A stretch of 64,000 nt of DNA from Oculina patagonica (lineage: Eukaryota), in NCBI RefSeq assembly GCF_052425735.1, contig NC_135763.1:16740001-16804000 (forward strand). Direction: 5' to 3'. Every line of letters starts with the position of its first letter. The stretch's first letter is position 1. Made by a program: the position numbers and the translations under genes. Positions 23,813-35,800 of this stretch are shown piece by piece. The notes below the pieces were generated by a model. It had not been told where the DNA came from, ran no database searches, and worked only from the letters and a program-made list of their open reading frames with translations.

Positions 23813-26800
23813 ATGGCTTCATTTCAGCCGCCTAGTCATCTTTTTGAGCGAAATATTTCCTTGAATGATTTGGACTCAGCTTTGGACGTGAGAGAGATCG
23901 TGCGCAGAGATGTCGTGGTCCCAGAAGACGTTACGAAACACCGCTATCTCGAGTCTTCAACCAAGTATTCATTTGTGCTGCCATCGTTTCAAGATTTCCC
24001 TATGGAGTTCCGCAAATTCGTGTACAGCTTTCTTGTTGATGGCCACATTCTCAGAGAACTGGAAGCAGCGAGGAGGCTGAATTGGTGTACGTCTTTGGGC
24101 CGTATGGTTACGGTGAATACTTTGGGCGATGGAAATTGCCTGATGCACGCAGCTTCGATTGGAATGTGGGCAGTAAATGATAGATATCAGATTCTGAGAA
24201 AAACTGTCTACGAAGCATTAGTGGAGGACGTGGAAGGTACAAGTAAGTTAAGATCTTAGGGGATATGGGGGAGGAGGGGGTTAGTGGCCTTAAAATGTGC
24301 AATATAAGTTTACCCTCCCCCTGTAATAACTGTGATTAAAAGGGAAAGAGGAAATGATGATTAGTGGTTCAGAATCTAAAGATAGTTAAATTACAGTTTC
24401 AGCATCTCCTTTGTTGGTAGTGGAGGTGTAATAGTTTCAGCATGGCTAGTTACATAAGGAAGTAAAAGAGTTCTGTTTTGTTTAACATTCAAAACAGAAT
24501 ATTGTTGTGTTAAGTCTCTATGGGAACTGTAAAGTGGCCATGGTTGACTGAAAACAGAAAAAATTGAATTCATGCACTTGATTTCTAAATCAAATTAAAA
24601 CAAACGTTATTTGTTTTGAAAAAAAGGGTATGTTTATTACAAAAATAGCAGTCGAGTCTTCACATCTGGCCAAATATGTTACATGCCTGTATAAAACTGA
24701 CAAACATTAGTATGTGCATGGAGAAGTTATTAAGAACCCTGATAATCAGTTAGACGAATATTCATATCTTCTCAGTTTTGAGCTTGTTTAATTACATATT
24801 TTCATCTAACCATGAAAAAATTCTAAAATTCTATGTAAATGTCATTTACATAGAATTTTTACAGTTATTGGTAGTCGCGTCTTTGCTAAAAGTCCTTTGC
24901 CATTACTTTTTTCTTGTTTTTAGGATTTTACCATAGCCGCTGGAAATGTGAAGAAGAGCGTCAAATCTCAAATCAGATTGGTGGATACAAACGGACAGAA
25001 GAGCAGTGGAATCATGAATGGGAAGAAGTTATTAGACACATTTCTCAGACAGAATTCCCATTTGGTCGAAATGGTGCCCAGTTCGGAAGCCTTGAAGAAA
25101 TCCACATATTTGTCCTTGCAAACATTCTGCGTCGTACCATCATAGTGCTGTCAGATGAGACTCTGAGAGGACCTTATGGCGATTCGTACTCACCAATTAA
25201 CTTTGGAGGTATTTATTTACCTCTGCTCTGGGACTCTGTTGACTGCGTAAAAAGTCCGTTGGTAATTGGCTATGCAAATGGGCATTTTACTGCAGTTGTC
25301 AATATTGAAGATGGTAAATTGGACCTGGGCAATGAAAATAACCCAAGTGGCTCAAATAATTGCATACATGCAGTGCCATTAGTAAAATATGATGGGATGC
25401 CATTACCAGTTCACTTCCTTTACGATCAAGAAGTACCATTTGCAAGTGACCGTCTCCGCCAATACTTAGATTGTGCAAAGGTTCCCTTTTCCAGCAATCC
25501 AGGAGAAGCCAGACAAACAGTTCTTGTTGCAAAATTGCATTTTTCTGAGCAACCCCGCTGTATGAAAGAACTCATTGAAGGGTACTTCACAAAGGCCATG
25601 GAGGAACATGAGCGTGTATTGAGACACAGTCAGCTTCATCCTCAGTTGCAACCGGGCACCAGACAGCCAGCTCTACAGATTGTTCCATGTCAAACTCCAG
25701 GCTGCAGTTTTTATGGATGTACCGAAACTGGTAACCGTTGCTCTCAGTGCCTTAACGAGTTTCTAAGGACCTTGGGAACTGCTTGTGAACCAGGTCAAAA
25801 TGTCTCCTCAGGACAGATCCAGCAACAAGTTGCAGTGACAACACAGCAAGCCCCAAATGCCAGTGCATGGCAACAAACTGCAACAACAACAACACAAGCA
25901 CCAGCGAACACCAGTGTTGCATCTTCCATGACCCTCCCTGTAGCAAGTTCTGCTAAATGCCGTACTGCAGGATGCAAGTATGGAGCTATGCCTGACAGAG
26001 GTGGTCTTTGTGAGAGATGCTTTGAAGCTGAAAGAAGTGCCGAAGAAATGGCTGCAAGCATGAATCACATGAGTTTGGCATCAGCAAAGCATTGTTCAAA
26101 CAGAGTGAATGGCTGTGAGTTCTTTGGTTTGCCCGAACATCACAACTTGTGTTCCAGATGCTACAGAACCTTCTGTCTTCGCATGGAAAACACTTTGGGG
26201 GTGCAATCTCCAACTGGATTACCACCAAGAAGTCCCGCGCCATTGACACCTCCAAACCGATGCCAGAATCCAGACTGCCCCTCTCCAGGTGTCCCTGCCT
26301 TGTATGGTATGTGTGTGCAGTGCTACACTGGGTGTATACATAATTTCATAACCTCTGAAGGAAGATCAGTTGGAAGTGCAGCGCAAACTACTCCACATCT
26401 GCCATCACCACCGATGGACGTCAGGAGAAAGAACATGTTACCTACAGGTGGCAGGACAAAAGGCGTCTTGTGTGCTTCTCCTGGTTGCTGCAATGAAGGG
26501 ATCTTTCAGTTATCTGACCTCTGTGCAGAGTGCCATGCAAGGAAGTCTGGTCCATCGCCACAGATGAGGAACACTCCAGTCTCGGCAGCAGGTGCGGTGA
26601 GTTTCCCAGTGGCTGCACCCCCTCCGAGCTCCATGCCAACATCGGCTGCTTCGACTCATCAACTGACATCAGCACTTACAGGTGCCATCGGGTACTACTG
26701 TTCCAACCCAATATGCAAGAACCCAATAAGAAAGGATGGAAGAGGCTTATGTCAAAGGTGTGAAAGTGCCTTTTTGACACATGGTAATCCTGCAGCTAGT

Positions 26801-29800
26801 TTGCAACAAGCAAGAACCAGACCAATTGGTCTGACAACCACAGCATCAAGCATGCCACCAAGACAAAACACACCAGCTTACACAAGCAGCGCCACCTCGC
26901 AAACGTATACTGTTCCTGGGGCCTCAATAGGACTTCCTCATCAAGTTGGGGCACCACAAGCGCCACATGCTGAAGCTAACACTGGGATGTGTGCCATGGG
27001 CTGTGGACAGCGTGCAGTGCAGGAAGGTGGTTTGTGTCAAGCATGCTATACTGCAGCTTTTCAGCTAGAATTGAACAGACAAACTGTCCCCCAGCCATCC
27101 AGACAACAAGGAGCAATGGCATCTGGAGTTACAAGCAATCAGGTATGCATTCAGCTGATGTGTATATCCGGCCTAGTTATTAGATAGATGGGTTTTCATG
27201 TCAGTAGTAACTTGCATTAATTTGCTGTGGTTTTGCATTAAATTTTACGCTTAGTGTTTGGCTAAAAAAAACTGGCGCCACTTTTTCAACCAATCAAAAA
27301 TGAAACCAGAACCAATCCTGACCCAAAAGCCTTAATGCACTGTTGCCCTTACAAAAATTATTAAATAAATACAAAACGTAATTAAAATAAAGAGTACTGG
27401 CTGCCTGGAATAACCAATGGGCAAGTAGAGCCAGGCAGTTCAGTCTGGTTCACTGGATTGATTGCATCCTAAGTAACTGCCCAGAATGATTTTTTGGTTT
27501 AAGTTTTATGAAATGCAACTAATTAAGTCTCAATTACAGGTTTTCAGCCTGTTCCCCCCCCCCCTCCCCCAGCAATCTGTGAGTTTCCATTAATTTTCAA
27601 CTACAGTGTACAATTATCACACGGAGATGTACATGTAGTAGAGGCATTCACAGTGCAAGTATGAATGTGATGTACAAAATAATTATCACGAAAAAATGTC
27701 TCACCCAAGACACTAAACAAGGATCCATAGTCAAGATTACTGAAGACTGACTATATATGGGCAAGCCTTTCTCTTATAAATCTGTAGGCCTGACCTCCCT
27801 TAAAACTGTGATCTAATTGCTTTCTTTTCTTTGTTTCATTTCAAAGGTTGAACAAAGAAATACTGTTGAAACAAGCTCTGGTAGAAACCTGCAACAGACA
27901 GAGGCGACAGCAGCTAAGAAGAAATTACAACTGCTGCCATGTACTACAACAGCGTGTTTGAATTTTGGCACCCCAGGACAAAATGGCCTATGTGACGATT
28001 GTTATCGGAAGAAGGACATCAGGCAGCAAGGTGCCCCATCAATTGCTGGAGCTAACAAACGACAGGTCTCAAGCATCAGTGGCAGCATGCACAGTGCTCA
28101 AACTACATCACAGAATCATCACTTCAGCAACAGCTCTGCAGAGCCAGCATATTATGGGCTACCGGGTCCTGTACAAGTGTCCCAGACTCAAAGCCCGTCA
28201 TATGAAGCAGGCACGGCAAATTCAGGAAATGATGCCTTCCATGATCAGAAGTGTCGCGGCACCAACTGTACCCTGTTTGGAACACCCGAAACAAATGGCT
28301 ACTGTTCTCGGTGCTTTTTGGAGAGCACAATACCTCTGTCATACCCACATTCAATTCCAGGTAAGGTTTCTTGAGTATCAATATAATTCACTGTGTTTGT
28401 TCGTTTGTTTTTCATCAGTTTTCCATGAACAAAAATACATGTAGGTTTTCTGACATTGAATGCAGTCACTTAAACAAGTCAGAGGCAATTGTAGTAGGGG
28501 GAGGGGGGAGCAATGCACTGAGCTCAGTGAGCTGTGTAGTCTCCCTCGCAGCCGTTCTTAGTGTCGTCACGCAAAATTCCTCCCCACTAACGGCTGCTCA
28601 CATTCGAACAACATTCCTTTCCCTTGTTTCTTATGTGACCAACACAGCACGGGAGATCGTAATCAACATGTTTTCCCGCGAATTCGGTTGTTGCAGAGAA
28701 GAACATTCGAGTACCGGAAAAAGCGGCCCCAGTCAACACGTGAACCACACGGCACCGAGACAGGATGTGAGCGCCAGCGTGAATCCACTACATTGAATTG
28801 GAGAGAACTAACAAATACACGGAGTACTCCTTTTTGCGACGTTAGTCTGCGGGATCGATCCCATGATTTCGCACGCACGCAAAGCTATATAATTTTTCCG
28901 CCCTCTGCGAACCCTTGGGATCAAAAGGGCGCGAGGCGACTCTAGCTAGCAACCGTTCATGCGGCGAATTGTCTGCCGTGTCTGCAAGCGCCCCCAAAAA
29001 ATATCGAGATGACACATGGCCGTAGACCGCGAGGCCGGGGAGACCACAAGCGTTATGAAGACCCAGTAGAAGCGAGCGGACGGGTAACGCGGAAGAGGAC
29101 ACGAAAGCCGAAAAGAGACAACACAAAAGCTCTTCAAGGCCAAGGGGGAAAGCGAGAACCCAAAAAAACACGAATGCGATGTGATGGGGGTACGGTTCGA
29201 GAAAACGAGGAGGGAAGGTGGAAAGGAATGGGAAGTGAGAGCCGTTAGGGGGAGGAGGGACGACACTAAGAACGGCTGCGAGGGAGACTATGAGCTGTGT
29301 AGCTTCGTGGAAGAAATGAGTTTGATTAAAAATAGTACCACGTTGAGCACTACATTTCCCATACAATGTATCATTTCAGTCATTATAATACCAGCCTGCA
29401 CCAGAAACAAAGCTACATCAGACGCCCAATTGCGAATCCTCCTGGCATTTCCAAGATACCTGTAAATTACATGTAAAATTGACATGATTGGAATGCAAAG
29501 TGACTTTAAGTTAATTATTTTTATTTTTAATTTAGTACTTTGTTTTACTTAGTTCTGGAAAGCACTTTAAAACCAGCAAATAAATTACACCTGAATTTAT
29601 TGTCAAGAACTGTCTTATAGTTTTGACTTGTATTACCCGTAATCAAGTTGTCATTCTCAATCTTTTGGCAGATTTTCCACCTCAAGTTTCACCATCACCT
29701 GCAGCTGCACCTCACACAACAGAAAAGTGCAGAGTTACTGGCTGTGCAAATTTTGCCGCACCAGAGAGGCATGGTCACTGCCAACAGTGCTTCACAAGGT

Positions 29801-29877
29801 TTTACCCTGAAGTGGTCCATCGCGAAATAGTTGTACAAAGACAAATGTCTGAACTGGATGAAAGTATTCCTTATTAG
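23813..29877 (+). CDS. TNFAIP3: A20/TNFAIP3-like OTU deubiquitinase with 10 A20-type zinc fingers (~1120 aa)
   Basis: Exons 23813-24236 (or -24242), 24924-27142, 27847-28360, 29672-29877 in consistent phase. OTU motifs RLNWC, TLGDGNCLMHAAS (catalytic Cys), SLEEIHIFVLANILRR, GGIYLPL, GYANGHF (catalytic His); repeated Cx4Cx11Cx2C-like fingers. Multiple fingers favour A20 over OTUD7. Confidence 0.9.
28537..29290. mobile_element. Non-autonomous DNA transposon: perfect 32-bp TIR (TAG..CTA), 9-bp TSD
   Basis: TIR tagtctccctcgcagccgttcttagtgtcgtc; TSD tgagctgtg at 28528-28536 and 29291-29299. Confidence 0.9.
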
Positions 29878-31604
29878 TCAAAGATTATGAATAGAACTTG
29901 TTAAATAGTGTAATTTACACAAGACTATTGTAAGAATGCTGCCGATATAATGGCATGCATTTACGTATACAGTGCTAATCAAAAAGGCTTGAACATAATA
30001 GATTTGTTTACAAGTGCATTGCTATTTTGTCACAACTGAAGAAACCCAATCAGATGCGAGATGAAGAAAAAAGTTATTGCAAAATTTATGTTAATTATTG
30101 CTGTCCCTTGTAGCAAAAATCAACTTTTGAATCACAATGTTCATGCCTTTTTTATTGACATAGTAAGCAATTAATTAAGTTATTAATATTAATCTTAAAA
30201 TTAATAAGCTTTTTGTTAAAAATAAAAGTACATGTAGGACCGTGACAGGTCATCATAATACACGTCTCAAAAGAAAAAAAAAATTGAATTATCCTTTGCA
30301 CGAGCGGCACTTAAATTTTGCTGGCCTGGGCAGTTTCATGCTTATAATCTTCGTTAACTTTACATATTTTATGATTTTGTGGGAAGCTGAGGACTTGCCT
30401 GGGCTCTTGCAAGCCCATAATGCAAGCAAGAATGAAATTAATTTTCCCAACAGGAAAAACCTTCTTGCCCTGGATGACCAAACAGCACTTTTTTTGAGCC
30501 CTGAATATAAACGTACTCTGCTCAAGGGGTACACTGTACAGGTAGACTTCAAGAAGAGCCAGGTGGTCTTCTTTTTCTCCACAGAGAACATTAGATTGGG
30601 AATGATCGGTGCAACCATTACATACATTGCTAATTTTGCTGCTTACAGTGCACATGTAATTTGGAAATGGGAAATAATTATACAGTAATTTCTCATGATA
30701 AGAGGAACATTGTCCGACTGCTATTCTCGTATGTAGAATAAAAAAAAAAATGACTGTATTAAAACAGTAGAGTGAATTTATTTCCATGTTAACCAAGACA
30801 ATAAGAAAATATTTATATCTTTAGTTAATACATATTTTTTTAAACAGAAAGTGAGTATTGGGAGAGGAAGTTAAAATCAGTTGATAGTTATGTCTTGTAA
30901 AAAAAAAAAGTTGTGTTAGAGTTATGAGAGGTTGGATTCAGAAAATTAATAGACTTTCTTTGCCTCTCGTTTCTGGTTTGGTAGCGCTCTGTGAGTTCGA
31001 CTTGTAGGCAAGTCTAGATCAAGAAAATATTTTATTTAACTTGCCTCTTAGCTTAGGATTTGCTAGGAGACTGAGTAGAAATTATTAAAATTGGAAGTAG
31101 AAAAAGAAAAAGAAAAGCTGTTGAAATGTAATTGTCAATAAATAGATTCACCAATCTCTGGTTTCAATCATTGAATTTTTCTGAGATCATCATAATGTCC
31201 GCACTTCAGTGAGTCTGTCTGCAGGGTTCGTACGGGTCATGGAACTTTTATTAGAATTTCATTTTCCTGGAAAGTTATGAAATTTAAGTTTGGGTCATGG
31301 AAATGCACGGGAAATATTGAATTGATTGTACAAAATAAAATTAATTAGGCAGGTTATTTTTGTGAAGAAACGGTTAAAACATACCTGAAATCAAGATTAA
31401 GAAATAATTATGGTCAAATCTAGGTCATCGAAAACTTTGAAAAGTCATGGAAAAGGAAAGTCATGGAATTTCAAATGCTCAAAAGACTACGAACCCTGGA
31501 CTGATAGTCATGTATAATATTCCGCATCACATTACTATAGATTTGCTAACAGTGGTCAAAAACCACACCAAAGGACCAGATGAGTTTTTGTCTCTTTAGG
31601 ACTA

Positions 31605-31996
31605 CCGTATTTATTTTATTAAGCGCCCTGGGCGCTTATTAAATTTTTGGATCTTTGAGGGTGGGCGCTTATTTCATTTTCGCAATCTTCAGCAAATAGT
31701 TTATTTTTGTAACAAAACAATAACTAATAACAAAACATGAAGATGTACCAAAGCAGAATTTTACTGTTATTTGAAAGCTTCTGTAAAATACTAAGAAAAC
31801 TCAGTCACGGGGGAATCTTTATAGTACCGGTAGTACTTGTTAGTCAATTTCAATATTCGATACTCCTCTTGTGCACTTCAGGGTTTTTTATGGGGGAGGG
31901 GGGTGGGCGCTTATAGGAGGCTGGGCGCTTAATAACTTTTCCTACCTTCAGGGTGGGCGCTTATTCGAGGTTGGGCGCTTAATCGAATAAATACGG
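31605..31996. mobile_element. pogo-type MITE (TA TSD, CCGTA termini)
   Basis: ta|ccgtatttatt...aataaatacgg|ta with gggcgctta repeats. Confidence 0.8.
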
Positions 31997-32889
31997 TAAG
32001 TGAACTGTCCATAATGGTAAGGTGTCCATAAGGTTGACAGTACTATTCATATCTTATGGATTCTGCTGAAATGTATCACCAGGTGTATTTTAACTTGGAC
32101 ATCATGAAAACCATGCAAATAGAATTTGTGTTGTGAGCAACACGACTGGAATTTGCACTAGTCTACTGTTGCATCGTGTTGTTACAAAAAATATCGATAC
32201 CCCATATCCAAGTTTCCTCTTTGCAAATTACACAATTGTTAGCCTCCTATGCATATACTTATTGGGCTCATCAACAAATTATAATTGCACAAGCTTAAAG
32301 ATTTTGTGTTGGTTTTAAAAAAATTAATGAACATAATGCACTACAGTAGTTAATTGCAATATTATATCAAAATAGTTGGCTAAAATAATAATATTTATTA
32401 ATATATACCACACAAGTGAATAGTGCTTTTCGCACGCATTGATTGGTTAACTCAGCGGTGATTAGCAAAGCCCGCTAGTTATTCAACTTGTGTAAGGTAG
32501 GTAAAGTCTGCTTCGAGCCAGTGGCCCTACAGGCCGGAGCTCCCGTTTCGGGGCCCCCCCGGCCCCCCGGGGGGGGGCCCCCCCCCCGCCCCTGTGGTAT
32601 AATTATACTAAAACAATAATTGTCGGTAAATGTGGTGGATATTTACCTTGATGCTCAGTAAATATCCACCACTATTCCCCTCCACTTCAGTGAATACTTG
32701 TTAAATATAGTTTGTCAGAAAAACTTCTGGCACAGGAAGCACACAAAATCTGTCATAAAAAGGGCACAATTACCGGGTAAACGGCACAAAAGTTATCACA
32801 CCAAACCAAACAAAGCACAAAACACATATGATTTATCTTTATCAAAGGCTTTATTACATGTTGGACACTTAAAGTACAGATGAATTTAA

Positions 32890-35800
32890 TTAGCGTTTTC
32901 CACCAACACGAGGAGCCTTCGTCTGCACAGGTTTTGCAGCCTTCTGCTTTTGTCGGGCAGGCTGTTGTGAGCTTGCCTGGAGAAGATAACAGAGTGTAAA
33001 TGAGCATACTAATTGAGTTTAACTGTCAATAAGACAGATGTACACAGTGATTTTGTATTGGTGTTTTGTTTTTGTCACTATTACTTTTTGTTTGGTATGC
33101 TCCTACAACTATATAAGTGATGACGGTTTTGCCCTGTTTTGAAAAGCAAATCAGTCTGACATCACTTTATTATGACCCCTGAGATATCGATCTGCGCAGC
33201 ATCACAGCTTAACCCTAGTTTGTCTAGTGTGATCGTCTGGGCAAGGGTAGTCCTGAAAAACACTGTTGTTTGGGCATTTCGACAACCTGAGCAGAAGTCA
33301 TTGACAGAGTCAGGCAAACAATTTGCTAGCCAGTCGATGGTGCTGAGTTCATGTAATTGACTCTAAAGAGCATGTCCTAACAACCATAATAACCAGAACA
33401 ACCATAAAGTAACAAGGTTCGTTTGTGGTTAGGATTAGGGTAAGATGTTAGTACATGTAGTTGGAAGTTGAGTTTAGTTTTGGAGAGGCTTTTCTGGGGT
33501 GTTCCAGTGTTCCTGGTTTGAGAATATGCTGCTGTAAAGGCTTCCATAGCCTGCGAACAGTCTTTCTGGAGAGCGCTCGGCCGGCGGGGCAAAAATGGAG
33601 GGGAAAGCCTGCACGCATCTCTGAGAATCGCAAATGTCGCCCACAGATTGCTGAGCTTGTCAATTGTCACAATTATACAAAAGCATTTAAACCGCACACC
33701 GGATATCAAATTCAAAACTAAGGTAAAAAAATAATGTTTGGTCACCCGCGAGCTAGAAATTACAGAAAGTTTCTTCTGACAGCCAACGGCCAAGTTCCGA
33801 AGATGCAGTTCACAGACCCAGAGTCGGAGCCAGTGCTCGAAAATTGCTGGGAATGCAATTTCAAGGACCTCGAGCACTGGCCGTCGCGATTCACGAGAAT
33901 GAAAACGCACTTCTGGTTATTGAGGATACAGTCGAAGCTCTCTTAACGGACACTCTCGTAAGCGGACAGCTCTACTAACAGCCGCCTTGTTTGAAATCCC
34001 GTTTTACGCTCCCATACAAACTCTGTATTTTTACATTCTCGTAAGCGGACATTCCCGTAAGCGGCCGCGGACACTTTCGGAGATTACGACTTAGACTTTT
34101 TCTTTGTTTTTACGCTCCCGTAAGCGGACATCCCAAAGAAAATCTTTTTAACAACCTCCGTATCTTGCTTTTATCAATAAACTTTACACCGCCGTTCGTC
34201 ACAATGATTTTACAGTAATTACAGTACTATATTTCAGTGTTTGTTTTGTCGTCATCCACGTCCGGTTACATTTCGAAACACCACTAACATGCATATTACC
34301 ATTATGTTAGCTGGGCAAGCTCCCGTAAGCGGCCATCTATCCCCTACACCTCTAGTGGCCGCTTACGAATACCATTCTCGTAAGCGGCCAGCTCCAGTTA
34401 CGGACACTTTTTTTGCGTCCCGAGGGTGTCCGCTTACGAGAGCTTCGACTGTATTATCGACATGTTCGAACACTAGATGTAAGGGAGAATATCTCTCTCG
34501 CGAAGAATATCGCCTCAAAAAATTGGCAAGCAGTTGCTAATGCCGTCACCGGCTCAAGAACGAGCAATTGAAACCAGACACGTTCTATTTTGATTTTTGT
34601 CTCTACTGGAAATGAAAAACAGCGACAACGTCACAAATAATTATAATCCATCAATCAGCGCACTGCGTCCAAAATTTGGACGCGATGCGTGCAGGCTTTC
34701 CTTCTCGGCGCTTCGCGCCGTCTAAGAGCTCTCCGGAAATCTCCAGAAAGCCTGTTCGCAGGCTAAGGCTTCCATGAATTCATAAACAATGATTGATCAG
34801 TTGCTGTCAGTTGTGATCTGTCTATTGTTAGACAATTGTTTGTTGGTTGTGTTTGCATTGGATAAGAGGTGTTTGTCCTACATGGCAAGTTGAAGTTTTC
34901 AGCTAATCTAGAGTCAGTAGTTGAAAGAACTTTTTACAGTTTTTAGAGTCAGTAGTTGAAAGTAGTTCTACAGTTAATGAACTAAAACATCAACCACCAA
35001 CAGCATTCCTTTTCAGCACTACCCTTACGGAGACAAACACACTAGAAAAACTACATGAACCGGGGTTCAATACTACATTGTGCCTTCACACTGTTAAAGT
35101 GGCCACGTACATGTATGTATGTTTATTATACACAAACAATAGTAAAACTTATGATAATACAACATGGAGTTTGTAGTTTGTTCCATGACTGATATTTTTT
35201 TCGAAGGGACTTTAGATTAAGAGTAATAATGAATGCATCAAGGAGTAAACTGTTTTACCTTGACAGCTTTCTTTTGTTGCTCTTTGGCTCTTGCCTTTTC
35301 TTTTGCAGCCCTATGGCAAAAAACTTAACTGTTAACACACAAAACTACTGTCTAGCTACTATTCACTCTAATTTTCTTTTTCTAAATATGCACTCTGGTC
35401 CAGAACATTTTTCTCAGAATAAAGTTACAATCAGAGACACTCCATGAGCATCTCAAACAATGTAGGTATAAAAAAAATCATCACTGAAAAATAGCTGGAC
35501 AAAAGCACATACAAGTACTATACCGTAGAATTCCGGTTATAAGCCCTGGGCTTATACAACTTCGTAAGGGGTTTTGTGTGGGCTTATAAGCTTAGGGGCT
35601 TATAAGCGGAATGAAAACACGTTTCGAAAAGAGCCACGGGAGTGTTGATCGAAATACTTTTTGAAGTTAAAAACGCATAATAAAGCAACATTTACCCTGT
35701 TCAGTACTGTCATCCGGTAGAGGGGGGCTTATATCCGGAGGGGCTTATAATCGGATGTATTTAATTGGCAGATGGGCATATAACTGGGGGGGGGGGCTCA

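Noticed and set aside
24948-28444. Numerous alternative-frame and antisense ORFs
   Set aside because: Shadows of the A20-like exons; no motifs.
28371-29485. Cluster of 80-170 aa ORFs
   Set aside because: They lie in or overlap the GC-richer non-autonomous element 28537-29290; no transposase motifs.
30242-30796. Three overlapping ORFs (112-161 aa) downstream of the A20-like stop
   Set aside because: No recognisable domain or convincing splice context; may be 3'UTR or a decayed insertion. A BLASTX search would settle it.
33035-33172. Hairpin agtgatg...catcact with an ACA ~60 nt from an RPL24 acceptor (H/ACA or C/D snoRNA?)
   Set aside because: No clean H box or rRNA target identified; the C/D-like boxes are on the strand opposite the host gene.
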